Below, piece after piece: positions 1-34,950 of a DNA stretch of 64,000 nucleotides; the stretch's first letter is position 1; each line of letters starts with the position of its first letter. The notes under the pieces were generated by a model that saw only the letters and a list, made by a program, of their open reading frames with translations, was not told the origin of the DNA and did no database searches. The translations under genes and the position numbers were made by a program. The stretch is from Macrostomum lignano (taxonomy: Eukaryota): NCBI GenBank assembly GCA_002269645.1, contig NIVC01001062.1:124001-188000 (forward strand), written 5' to 3'.

Positions 1-454
1 AGTGTTGTTTAGGTATTGTATAAACAAGCTTATATGCAATTATTAATGCTTTGTAGTGAAAAGTCCAGACAAAGTGTGGAAGCGCTGTTTCAGTTATTTT
101 GAGTCAAGCAGGTTTGTGAATGAGGTTGCCGCATTCCTTAGACCTAAATCTCAAGTCTGTTGGAGAATAACTTGGGAATTTGATGAGCATTTGATGTACA
201 GCCAAGCCAGGCAATCTTCCTTTGATCTATAAATATCCAACGGACTCAATTGAAGACGGCCTTTCTTGATTAACAAAGCCCCGGTTTTGTACGGGGCCGA
301 GAAGTATAAAGCATGGTATTGGACTGAGCTGCAAACTCAGCTGACTGTATTGATGCAGCCATATCTGATGCACACATTGATGTATCATGTACAGACTTGG
401 CTGAGCAATGTTCTTTTTTGTACATACTAGGCTCGTAAATACACATTAGCTGTA

Positions 455-838
455 ACAATATACACATTGTCACACACAATATACACATTGTCACACACAA
501 TATACACATTGTCATACACAATATACACTGTCACACACAATATACACTTCGTCACACACAATATACACAGTTGTGGATACAATATACACGTGAATACTAT
601 ATACACCTTTGCGAATACAATCTACACATTTGCGGATACAATATACACATTTGCGGATACAATATACACATCTGTGGATACAATATACACCTTTGCGGAT
701 ACAATATACACATTTGCGGATACAATATACACCTTTGCGGATACAATATACACATCTGTGGATACAATATACACCTTTGCGGATACAATATACACATTTG
801 CGGATACAATATGCACATTTGCGGATACAATATACACA
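455..838. repeat. 21-bp minisatellite (caatatacacattgtcaca grading into gatacaatatacacatttgcg)
   Basis: Period 21 read directly (631 to 652). Confidence 0.9.
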
Positions 839-1127
839 GCCCTAAAATATACATTGAAATTTTTAATTATTACTCCGACAAAACTGTATAGATATTCGGC
901 CATATTTCAGGCCAACATAACTTCAGCCCTTAAATGGTTTTAAAGAGACTTGCCGCCGTGATGAAGAATATTTTCAAACCTTTGTGGCTCATCAATCATC
1001 TCTTGCTTGGGGCGTTTATCTTTCCCTTTCTCCTACCTTTTAAAAATGTAAAATTAATGAATTTTTTTGCTTTCACCAGCCTATACTATATACAATACTA
1101 AATCAACTATAAATAGTCGGAACTACT

Positions 1128-2168
1128 TTCACTCTCTCTCCTCACTCAGTCATTGAATCAGCCTCTCTGCTCCTCTCTCTCTCACTCAGTCATTGAATCA
1201 GCCTCTCTGCTCCTCTCACTCAGTCATTGACTCAGCCTCTCTGCTCCTCTCTCTCTCACTCAGTCATTGAATCAGCCTCTCTGCTCCTCTCACTCAGTCA
1301 TTGACTCAGCCTCTCTGCTCCTCTCACTCAGTCATTGAATCAGCCTCTCCGCTCTCTCTCTCTCTCACTCAGTCATTGAATCAGCCTCTCCGCTCTCTCT
1401 CTCTCTCTCACTCAGTCATTGAATCAGCCTCTCTGCTCTCCTCACTCAGTCATTGAATCAGCCTCTCTGCTCCTCTCACTCAGTCATTGAATCAGCCTCT
1501 CTGCTCTCCTCACTCAGTCATTGAATCAGCCTCTCCGCTCTCTCTCTCTCTCTCACTCAGTCATTGAATCAGCCTCTCTGCTCCTCTCACTCAGTCATTG
1601 AATCAGCCTCTCTGCTCTCCTCACTCAGTCATTGAATCAGCCTCTCTGCTCTCCTCACTCAGTCATTGAATCAGCCTCTCCGCTCTCTCTCTCACTCAGT
1701 CATTAACTCAGCCTCTCTGCTCCTCTCACTCAGTCATTGAATCAGCCTCTCTGCTCCTCTCACTCAGTCATTGACTCAGCCTCTCCGCTCTCCTCACTCA
1801 GTCATTGAATCAGCCTCTCCGCTCTCCTCACTCAGTCATTGAATCAGCCTCTCCGCTCTCTCTCACTCAGTCATTGAATCAGCTTCTCCGCTCTCCTCAC
1901 TCAGTCATTGAATCAGCTTCTCCGCTCTCCTCACTCAGTCATTGAATCAGCCTCTCCGCTCCCCTCACTCAGTCATTAAATCAGCCTCTCCGCTCCCCTC
2001 ACTCAGTCATTGACTCAGCCTCTCCGCTCTCTCTCACTCAGTCATTGAATCAGCTTCTCTGCTCTCCTCACTCAGTCATTGAATCAGCCTCTCCGCTCCC
2101 CTCACTCAGTCATTGAATCAGCCTCTCCGCTCCTCTCACTCAGCCATTGACTCAGCCTCTCCGCTCTC
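1128..2168. repeat. About 30-bp minisatellite (ctcactcagtcattgaatcagcctctccgct)
   Basis: Direct tandem copies; same core as 16010-16470. Confidence 0.95.
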
Positions 2169-2929
2169 CAAGACTCCGGCACTGAGGAAGAATCTGTTCC
2201 CCCATCAAATCGCTATAAAAGCGAGTCCCAAATTTTATCTTTTCAAAACTAGCATCCCCAGCTGTGTACCCTCGTTGATTTCTGAAGCAGTGGAACTGAC
2301 ATAAAAATATCCATAGCTATAAGCCAGTGCAATAGACGCACTGTTTAAGAAAACTTCAACTCTCTTCTCCAAATGGAACTTTCCCTCCGAAGTGTATCTA
2401 TAGATGAAGATGCGTATAATAAAACAGAAGACCGGCAGACAAGTGTGACCAGTAGGACGGGAAAACAGGAGGAAAGGACACACGCACACACTCTCAGCCA
2501 ATACTGGCAGCAGTTCTGATGCGGCGCAGTCTCTTGAGAACATGGGGAAGTGGCTGATGTAGCCACTATTTGGCTGTCTGAATTCTACACCTCCTCTCTG
2601 GGGACCGTTGCCCCGCCCCCCCCCCCCAGAGAAATACGGTCGTTTCTCCAGTGTTCTGCTTCTCAACTCCCCGGCAACCGAAGTTAGCTGGCTTTTCTTC
2701 TGGGCTAAGGAGAGAATGTTGTTTCCCGAGTTAGTTTGAGGAAATAACTTCTTTTGGGCTAGTTTTTTCTGCATTTGTTTTAATTAACTATAGGTGGTAC
2801 AATTTGAATTTCAATTAAACAGTTCGTCAGTTCGTCATTTGATTCCATTATGCTAATTATCTACATATATGTATAAATTTGTATTTTCTCAATAACCTCA
2901 GTAACAATTTGTTAAAAATCGCTAAAAAA

Positions 2930-3195
2930 TCTAAGAAAAGAAATCGCGGTCCCTGAACAGTCCAAAATGAAAAGAAATGGCGGTCCTTGAACAGTCCAAA
3001 ATGAAAAGAAATAGCGGTCCTTGAACAGTCCAAAACAAAGAGAAATAGCGGTCCCTGAACAGTCCAAAACAAAGAGAAATAGCGGTCCTTGAACAGTCCA
3101 AAACCAAGAGAAATAGCGGTCCTTGAACAGTCCAAAACCAAGAGAAACAGCGGTCCTTGAACAGTCCAAAACCAAGAGAAACAGCGGTCCTTGAA
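2930..3195. repeat. 34-bp minisatellite (aaatagcggtccttgaacagtccaaaaccaagag)
   Basis: Period 34 (3101 to 3135); ends about 55 bp before the acceptor at 3252. Confidence 0.9.
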
Positions 3196-3252
3196 AAACC
3201 TAAGCATACGAGGAATCAACTCCATTTTAAACTCCTCTCCTCGCCCTCGCAG

Positions 3253-18415
<15,163 letters not shown>

Positions 18416-18469
18416 CATTTATTCAGTACTTACTTCAGTTCAAATATGATAGACTGGCTGAGTCTGTGA

Positions 18470-19185
18470 GTTCGTCTAATGCCAGTCTGTAAGTCTGTCT
18501 AATGCCAGTCTGTAAGTCTGTCTAATGCCAGTCTGTAAGTCTGTCTAATGCCAGTCTGTAAGTCTGTCTAATGCCAGTCTGTAAGTCTGTCTAATGTCAG
18601 TCTGTAAGTCTGTCTAATGTCAGTCTGTAAGTCTGTTTAATGCGAGTCTGTAAGTCTGTCTAATGTCAGTCTGTAAGTCTGTCTAATGTCAGTCTGTAAG
18701 TCTGTCTAATGCCAGTCTGTAAGTCTGTCTAATGCCAGTCTGTAAGTCTGTCTAATGTGAGTCTGTAAGTCTGTCTAATGTCAGTCTGTAAGTCTGTCTA
18801 ATGCCAGTCTGTAAGTCTGTCTAATGTCAGTCTGTAAGTCTGTCTAATGCCAGTCTGTAAGTCTGTCTAATGTGAGTCTGTTAGTCTGTCTAATGTCAGT
18901 CTGTAAGTCTGTCTAATGTCAGTCTGTAAGTCTGTCTAATGTCAGTCTGTAAGTCTGTCTAATGCCAGTCTGTAAGTCTGTCTAATGTGAGTCTGTTAGT
19001 CTGTCTAATGTCAGTCTGTAAGTCTGTCTAATGTCAGTCTGTAAGTCTGTCTAATGCCAGTCTGTAAGTCTGTCTAATGCCAGTCTTGAAGTCTGTCTAT
19101 AATGTGAGTCTGTAAGTCTGTCTAATGCCAGTCTGTAAGTCTGTCTAATGCCAGTCTGTGTAATGTCAGTCTGTAAGTCTGTCCA
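18470..19185. repeat. 23-bp minisatellite (gccagtctgtaagtctgtctaat)
   Basis: Period 23 (18481 to 18504); just downstream of the stop at 18415. Confidence 0.95.
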
Positions 19186-20125
19186 AGGACATCTATCTCT
19201 ATCTAACATGACGATCAACTAATGACCTTCTGCTTAAGGAGACCACAGTCTATCTTATAATAACATACATGTATGTCTACACTACTGAATGGCAGAGGAT
19301 GTGCAATATAATGTACATTATCTCGTGACAGTTAACCAAACCATAAATATTGAAAAGCGTACGTGCCATTCCGAATAAAATGCTACTAATAAACAACTCT
19401 CATTTCTATAACAGTTGGATTTATGATACATAAAAAGCTTCTTTATAAAAACATTAAGGTTTAATTTAACGAATGTTAATAAATTTCTATAGTTTCCTCT
19501 CTGCACAGTATTTCTTCCTCTGATTGTGTTAATTTTTACATCTATTTTTACTAATAGTGAATGTTTTCCGTGTAAATCAGTTAATTATGCAGACAATAAA
19601 AAGTACAATTAACTTAGCCACTGTCTCACAATGACAAAAATTGGCTAAAAACAAATCGCTTCACTTATATATATATTTGATTCATAGGGGTTTGTCTTTA
19701 ACAAATTATTATATCAAATTTATTAAGGCCAATAGAAGATTTATTGAATTATATTATGTTGAATTTTTTTTAAAAATCATTCATGATCCAGGTGAGTAGT
19801 TGAAAAGTAATAACTAGCGCGCACATTATCAAACAAACCTAATTTATTAAATCTAATTAAACCTAACTGACACACAAGCACACACTAAGATACATTTTAG
19901 GTAGATTTTTAACAAACAAGATATGCTAATTCGGTGTCAGTGGGAATATTAATAATCTTTTCATGAACTGCAAACATTAGAGAATTAAATTCAAGGGACA
20001 AAGCGGAACGGGCATGAGAATTGGGGGATGGAAGTTCAGAGATCCTACTTATTCAATGTAATCCAACATAATCCTTTTCCTCTTTAGTATATTCAGCCAT
20101 AGCCAACAACTGCAAAGGCGCTGGT

Positions 20126-27855
<7,730 letters not shown>

Positions 27856-28769
27856 TTTTCTATAGGAATTATAATTTTTGTTCACTTCACTATATTCTTG
27901 TGATAGCGCTATGTGGAGTTGCTAGGCAACAAAGCTCGAATTAAATCATGAATTATTAAAGTTTAGCAGGTACATGTTAAATAGTTTCTATGAAAGTATG
28001 ACTAATTATTGCAACTAATTAGTCAAAACTTTCTGGGTCTTATAAAACCCATGGCTAGGCCTATTGTACACATTATTGCAATTATGCATTAGACTGTTCT
28101 ATCATTAATATAACTAATTTTCCCTATTCTATCATTTTTTAACTTTTATAACTTGAAAATTTTGTTGCATCTACCAAGGATTACTAGACTACCAATGACA
28201 ATAACATTCTAATGTTTACTGACATCTATTTGCAGAATTTTTTTGCTTAAAATTATAATAATAAATTACTAAAGAAATCTTACTAAGAAATATGTCTCAT
28301 TTTAATAGTCTATACACCTATTTACATATTTTCTTAATACTTATATCTTAAGATTATCTAATCTTAAAATTTTAATGCTATATTAGATGCTAATAGTTTT
28401 GGCTTTTATCTTTCACAAGCAAGCCAATTTTTAATGTTCTATTTGCATAGTCTAAAAATATAAAACAAGTGAATAAATTAATAGATAACAATATACTAGC
28501 AGCTAAATTGTTTGTTATAGTTCAGTTGCAACATTATTATAATATAAAGGTAGGCTACATATACTATAAAATTAAACATGGTAATAGTATGACTAGGAAA
28601 TAGTTTCTAGGACACATCTCTGCAACATTTGAACTCATTCCTAGAATCCTAGCAATGCATTTCAACAATAGATTAGTCTGGCTTTTGCACATTTAAGGCA
28701 CAATTGCATGAAAACATGTCTCTATAGTAAAAAACTTAGCCCAGTAGCAGAATTGGAAGAATTTACATT

Positions 28770-29960
28770 GCTAGGTGCATTTTGCCACACAAACAGCCCC
28801 TCATTATGCAGCTGGCAAACCAACTCAAAGAAGTTAGATGAGCATTGGTGGGCACACATGTTAAGTTAATTGTCCTGATGGTTAGCCCATAGACAGACAA
28901 GTTATCAATGGTCCATGCTGAGCCTGTGAGCCAGGAGGACTGGATATAGTCACACAGTTCCACCAGGCAATTTTCTGTGGCTAGCACATTGGTCTACAAG
29001 CTGTAGGTATTGGCAATCACATCTCAAGGAAGAAATGACAGTGCTATCAACTGGCAGCAAAGGAGGTTGGTGCCATGGTTGCTGCTGTACTTCAACTATT
29101 TGGCCTTCTCAAAGTTCACCACACAGCTGGATGGGTTGACAGCTGGCACATCTTTCATTGTCTGTAGGATGTGCTTCTAGTCCTTTGTCGTGCACTGCAA
29201 CATAAAGGCAAAAAGCAGTGGCACCTACTTGAGCGGTACCATAGACAGACAAGTTATCAATGGTCCATGATGAGCTTGTAATTATTTGGGTTTGGCAATT
29301 AATGCAATATATCCTTAGCAGCTAGTGAAAATGTTGCAGTTCACAAAGTCAAAGGTGTCATTGATGTACAGGCAGCATGCCTGGCCCAAAAGCTGCAACA
29401 TGTTGGCTGTTACAAATACAATGTGCTGGTGCCTGCCATCATTGATGTTGCACTAGAGGAAGCCTTCTGGCAGATGATGATGCTTCAGTTCTTGGTCAAG
29501 GTTGTCTAGATTGCATGGTTAGTCTGCTTCCTAGGCATGGTTTGCTGCATACACTAGGTTGCCAACATTGGGAACATTTGGCATATCATTGAAACTGCAA
29601 TAGCACTTATAGCATCATGGTCCTAATGATCTGGAGCACTGACTCAAATGTGTTTTTGTATGCTTGGTTGAAAACTTGTCTGCCAGGTTGCAGCACTTGG
29701 CAGGATGACTTTCAGGCTAGTGGTTTTGATATTTGTGCCTTTTCTTGCATTGGTCACTTTCCTGTCATGCAGTTGCCTCATATCTTCTTATAGAGCATTG
29801 TCAATAGGTGATTGACTGGCTTCTGCTCAACACTTGGCACTTTGATTTCACAAATGCATATATATATATTCTGTTAACGACAAGGATGCTTTTCCTCACT
29901 TGGATCCTCCTTTGACAGTTTTGAATTCTGGTAGCTGAAGCTAAGGACAACTGTCTTGCC
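28770..29960 (-). mobile_element. Degenerate Mutator-like (MULE) DNA transposase relic
   Basis: Minus-strand translation with stops and frameshifts gives HIVFVTANMLQLLGQACCLYINDTFDFV (DGTF-equivalent at 29368-29351), PLLFAFM (29221-29201), VVNFEKA (DFE-equivalent, 29122-29102), DYIQSSW..WTIDNLSVYGLTIRTIN (RTNN-equivalent), and a possible FLYWCH-like start near 29930. TIRs not identified. Confidence 0.8.
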
Positions 29961-31996
29961 AAGGGGTTCCAATATGAAGTAGTATAGTATTAACAGCTTC
30001 ATTAACTGAGTTATTAAAGTCAGCAATTGGTAGTTTATGCCACCAAGTTGTCAATGAAGTCAGCAGTATCAAATCTAAATGTAGCTGAAGCTTCTACCAC
30101 CAAGTTGTCATTAAATTTTTGTCTAAAATGGCTTTGTCTGAGTTGGTAGCATTAGTGCTAGCTATAGAAAGCAAGCCATTTTACCCGAGTGCTAGCTATG
30201 TAATTGTAGTATTTCTAATTAAATTTTGACTGCTATATCAATTTTTGGTACTGCCACTAAGAGATGCCACTGTTGCACTTATAATGTTGCCAGAAGCCAC
30301 AGTCAGACTATAATGCCTGCTGCTATATAGACACATGCTTCTAATATATGTAGCATTGATCCACTGCTATTTAAGAATAGGATACCTTGTATATATCTAG
30401 TTTTATGCCAATAGTGCACTTGCTAGCAGAAAAGCTTGCAGTGAAAAAGGTAGTTGTATGCGGCTAATGAATCTATAGTAAGTTGGTAATTAGACTTAAG
30501 TGGCAAAGGAAGAGCAGGAGATGGGCTAAAAGTAACTAGGCCCCTATCCCATTAGAAAAGTTATGCACCTATATAGGCATAAAACTTAAAAGGTAGGCTA
30601 AGCAAGGTGCACAAAAGAGGCACTTTAAAGGACTATTTTGTGCATGTTTTTTAAATGTACCTAAGACTAAGTGCACCTTTTATGCCCAAATGCCACCAAT
30701 ATTTTTGAAAAGAGGCGTGAAAGGTATAGGCCTAGGCCTATAATCGGTGAAATGGTCAAGCAATAGGGGAATTCTCAATTTTGATTGGTTGTACTTGTAG
30801 CAAAAGAAGCAATAAACATGCATACATAAAGGGCATTGGAAGTGCGCAAAAGGTAAATAGTAGGCTCACAAGTGAGGCAAAGTAGGTGCAGTGCATGGGA
30901 GTTGCAAAAGGGACACAGACTGCTAATGGCAATGCAATGCTAGAACATAGAGCTTAGGCCCTCTATTTTTCAACTCTCCCAGTCAAAAAAATGTTTAAAT
31001 TTTAATAGCCTAGGCCCTTGTCCCTATGCTAAATTATATTTTATCTTATCTTAATCTTATATTTATATTTATCTTTGAGTGAGATATGATTTTAGTGTAT
31101 AGCAGATCTAAAACCATTACATTAGGCCTAGGGCCTAGGCCTATAGAATGGGTTCCTACTGGCTACTAGATCTACAGCTGTTAAAAAAACGGGTTCCAGT
31201 GCTGGAACTCTAGCTAGTCATTGCCATTGCAGCTGCCAGCTACACAAATGAAATGGAAGTCATAAATATCAACCAATACGATAGGCGGCGCCTACTATAC
31301 CACCACGCACCAGTAGCAAGTTGGCAACGTCAATGTCAATAATGCGATTCGAATTTAAAAACGACTTATATTGTACATTGTAGGCCTAAATATTGTCATT
31401 ATCGCATCATTGGTTACCGTGGCAATGTCAAAATGAGGGCATCGCGAAGTTACACCAGTTAGGGCCTACCAATACCAGTCCATCCACGACTACTGACTTG
31501 TCAATTGACTGACCGACATCTAAGAATTTAAAATCTGTAAAAGTACACATTTTAATTTTAGTACAAACTTTAACAAAATATAATTAGGTAAAATATTTAG
31601 ACTTTTATAGCAATAGTAAAAGGTTTCACGCCAGAAATCATAGAAAAGTCACAAAGTAATGCCAGTTATAGTGAAATTTTGACAAAATGTAACTAGAAGG
31701 TCTAGACAGCACAGATAAAAGTCATTTCAGATGTAGAAATTGATATTTCGCTTTTTGTGTCATAGAATTCGGGTGATTATTTAGTAAGCTAGTTATTGAA
31801 TCTTTTCTGGCTCTCACATTTTGTTTTTTGTATTTAAATATTTTGAAAAGGTGCGAAAACGTGTTTTCGCACAATTTAAAAATATAGTTTCGTAGAAATA
31901 GTTTTGGTTCAGATTTTATTAATATCTTGATCTTGGTTATTGAAAACATACGTGTATATGATTTAGCAAATTCGTTTTTTAAATTTTTTATGAATA

Positions 31997-34534
31997 ATGC
32001 AACAATTATTTAATGCATGGCTTTTGCTAGTTATCGTATCCAGTAGCATATTTTCGTGTGCTAAAGCTCTCAATGTTATATGGGCTATTAATTGTGGCGG
32101 TCCGGAACACACGGATATACATGGTATTCACTATCAAAGAGATTCATCAAACGTTGGTGTTGCTTCGGACTATGGCAGAAATCTAATGATTACTCGTGTT
32201 GTTCCCCAAGACCAAATTTTGTATCAGACTGAGCGATATCATACTGCTAGTTTTACATATGACTTGCCAATTCCTGGAAATGGAGACTATGTCCTGATTT
32301 TAAAATTTTCTGAAGTCTGGTTTGCTAATCCCAATCAAAAGGTAATTTTTTATTTTAAGCAATATTTTTTTACTTTCACTTTAAATTTGGAGAATATTTT
32401 ATTATTTTATTTTTACTTTTATCAATAAATATGATATAAATAGGCTCCTAATAATAAAATCTTTTGCTACAAAACATGTTCCAGTTTTTTAGCTGTTATT
32501 CCTCCTTTAAAAAATCAATTTTTTAATGTTTTTTTCTTGTTTATATAGGACTTTTTAATATTCTGTTTTCTTTAAAAACAATAATTGAATTCATTCTTCT
32601 ATTTAAAAAGTAGCTTGTGTATATTTTTGCTAGTTTGATGTTCTTAAGCAGCTAACTAAATGTAATCCTAAATAATGTAAGAATAGTTTTTTGTTTTGAC
32701 TACAAAAAATTAATAAGTTATTGAATGATTTACTAATTATACAAATAACAAATATATTCAAGTTCAACAGAGTATCCAAATGGATTAAATCAAATTTGAT
32801 TTCTAGATATAGACAACTATGTTTGATAGCAATTTCTCAAAGTAGAAATGTTGTGTCCTAGTTGTATTTAACAATTTTAATAATATAGAATTGCTAAAAC
32901 TAAAATGATTGATATTTTGTTACAGCCATTTTATTAACAGAAATCATAACTATCTATTGTTGTCTATCATTTTTACTTGTATTCTTCTTTCCTAAACCAG
33001 GTATTTGATGTTGTGCTCAATGGCGAGCACACCATTGTCTCCTCACTCGACATCTTTGCCAAGGTCGGTCGTGGCGTTGCCCATGACGAAGTTGTACCCT
33101 TCAAAGTCAAAGACAGTCGCCTATTTGTTGGCAGTGACGTCTCACAGATTGGTTCGACGCCGAAACGCTTGTCATTAGAATTTGTCAAGGGCGATCGGGA
33201 TAATCCTAAGATTAACGCGATTGTGCTAGTTAAGGGTGAGTCAAGGTTGAGGGTACAGTTCTATATCTGAAGTCGATTAAGCTCTATATCTTGAAAAATA
33301 AACCGTATTTCTGTCTGTGCTTGTCTGTCTCAGGGCATGGGGGTAGCTAGCAGCTCAGTTTTAAAAGCATCTGACTCTCGTGCCACGACCTGCCTGCCTG
33401 TCTGTCTGTCTGTCTTAGTGTCTTACTGTCTTAGTGTCTGTCTTAGTGTCCTAGTGTCTGTCTTAGTGTCCTAGTGTCTGTCTGTTTGTCTTAGTGTCTT
33501 AGTGTCTGTCTTAGTGTCTTAGTGTCTGTCTGTTTGTCTTAGTGTCTGTCCTAGTGTCTTAGTGTCTGTCTTAGTGTCTTAGTGTCTGTCTGTTTGTCTT
33601 AGTGTCTGTCCTAGTGTCTTAGTGTCTGTCTTAGTGTCTTAGTGTCTGTCTGTTTGTCTTAGTGTCTTAGTGTCTGTCTGCCTGTCTTAGTGTCTTAGTG
33701 TCTGTCTGCCTGTCTTAGTGTCTTAGTGTCTGTCTTATTGTCTGTCTGTCTGTCTTAGTGTCTTAGTGTCTGTCTGCCTGTCTTAGTGTCTTAGTGTCTG
33801 TCTGTTTGTCTTAGTGTCTGTCCTAGTGTCTTAGTGTCTTAGTGTCTGTCTGTTTGTCTTAGTGTCTGTCTTAGTGTCTTAGTGTCTGTCTGTCTGTCTT
33901 AGTGTCTTAGTGTCTGTCTGTCTGTCTTAGTGTCTTAGTGTCTGTCTGTCTTAGTGTCTGTCTTAGTGTCTGTCTGTCTTAGTGTCTGTCTTAGTGTCTG
34001 TCTGTCTTAGTGTCTGTCTTAGTGTCTGTCTTAGTGTCTTAGTGTCTGTCTGTCTGTCTTAGTGTCTTAGTGTCTGTCTTAGTGTCTGTCTGTCTTAGTG
34101 TCTGTCTTAGTGTCTGTCTGTCTTAGTGTCTGTCTTAGTGTCTGTCTGTCTTAGTGTCTGTCTTAGTGTCTGTCTGTCTTAGTGTCTGTCTTAGTGTCTG
34201 TCTTAGTGTCTGTCTTAGTGTCTTAGTGTCTGTCTGTCTGTCTTAGTGTCTGTCTGTCTGTCTTAGTGTCTGTCTTAGTGTCTGTCTGTCTTAGTGTCTG
34301 TCTTAGTGTCTGTCTGTCTTAGTGTCTGTCTTAGTGTCTGTCTGTCTTAGTGTCTGTCTTAGTGTCTGTCTGTCTTAGTGTCTGTCTTAGTGTCTGTCTT
34401 AGTGTCTGTCTTAGTGTCTTAGTGTCTGTCTGTCTGTCTTAGTGTCTTAGTGTCTGTCTTAGTGTCTGTCTGTCTTAGTGTCTCTCTTAGTGTCTGTCTG
34501 TCTTAGTGTCTTAGTGTCTGTCTTAGTGTCTTAG

Positions 34535-34571
<37 letters not shown>

Positions 34572-34950
34572 TAGTGTCTTAGTGTCTATCTGTCTGTCCG
34601 AATCTATTTACAATCCCGAAAGTCGCCGCCTTCCCCCACCTCAAGGCAGCATAGACGAGATCCCCAGACTGCCAGCCCTGCGCGAGTCCAACAATGACGA
34701 GTCGCTGCTACCCGATCTGGATGAAGAACTCCAGCAGCAGCGGGCTGGACAGCAGCAGCATCAGCAGGATCGCCTCAATGTTAACAACGAAGCAGACGAC
34801 GAAGAAGCTCGCAAACGCCGCAGCCGTTTGGCCTCGGGCCCGAAAACCTTGGATCCGTACCAGTCCGATCCGGCCTCCACTGCTCTGCTGCCCGTGCTCA
34901 TTGCGGTGGCAGCCGCTCTGCCACTGTTCTTCTGCCTGTGCAAGCTTTAA
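31997..34950 (+). CDS. MLEC: Malectin (ER membrane Glc2-N-glycan lectin), 294 aa
   Basis: Exons 31997-32341, 33001-33235, 34646-34950, phases 0/1 consistent. Signal peptide, then AINCGGPEHTDIHGIHY, ILYQTERY, LKFSEVWF, VFDVVLNG, DIFAKVGRGVAHDE, DNPKINAI, then ASGPKTLDPY and a C-terminal TM helix ending CLCKL. Confidence 0.96.
33395..34590. repeat. tgtc/ttag mixed satellite in malectin intron 2
   Basis: Seen directly. Confidence 0.95.

Noticed and set aside
270-521. 83-aa minus ORF and other short open frames in 1-450
   Set aside because: Starts inside a minisatellite, has no recognisable motif, and I could not link it by phase-consistent splicing.
2235-2774. 179-aa minus ORF with an acceptor-like tract near 2400
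   Set aside because: The segment YTSEGKFHLEKRV looks exon-like but has no recognisable homology and does not chain to other exons; left unannotated.
33335-33390. tRNA-like start (agctcagtt..aaagca)
   Set aside because: No T-arm or acceptor stem; at most a truncated SINE head.
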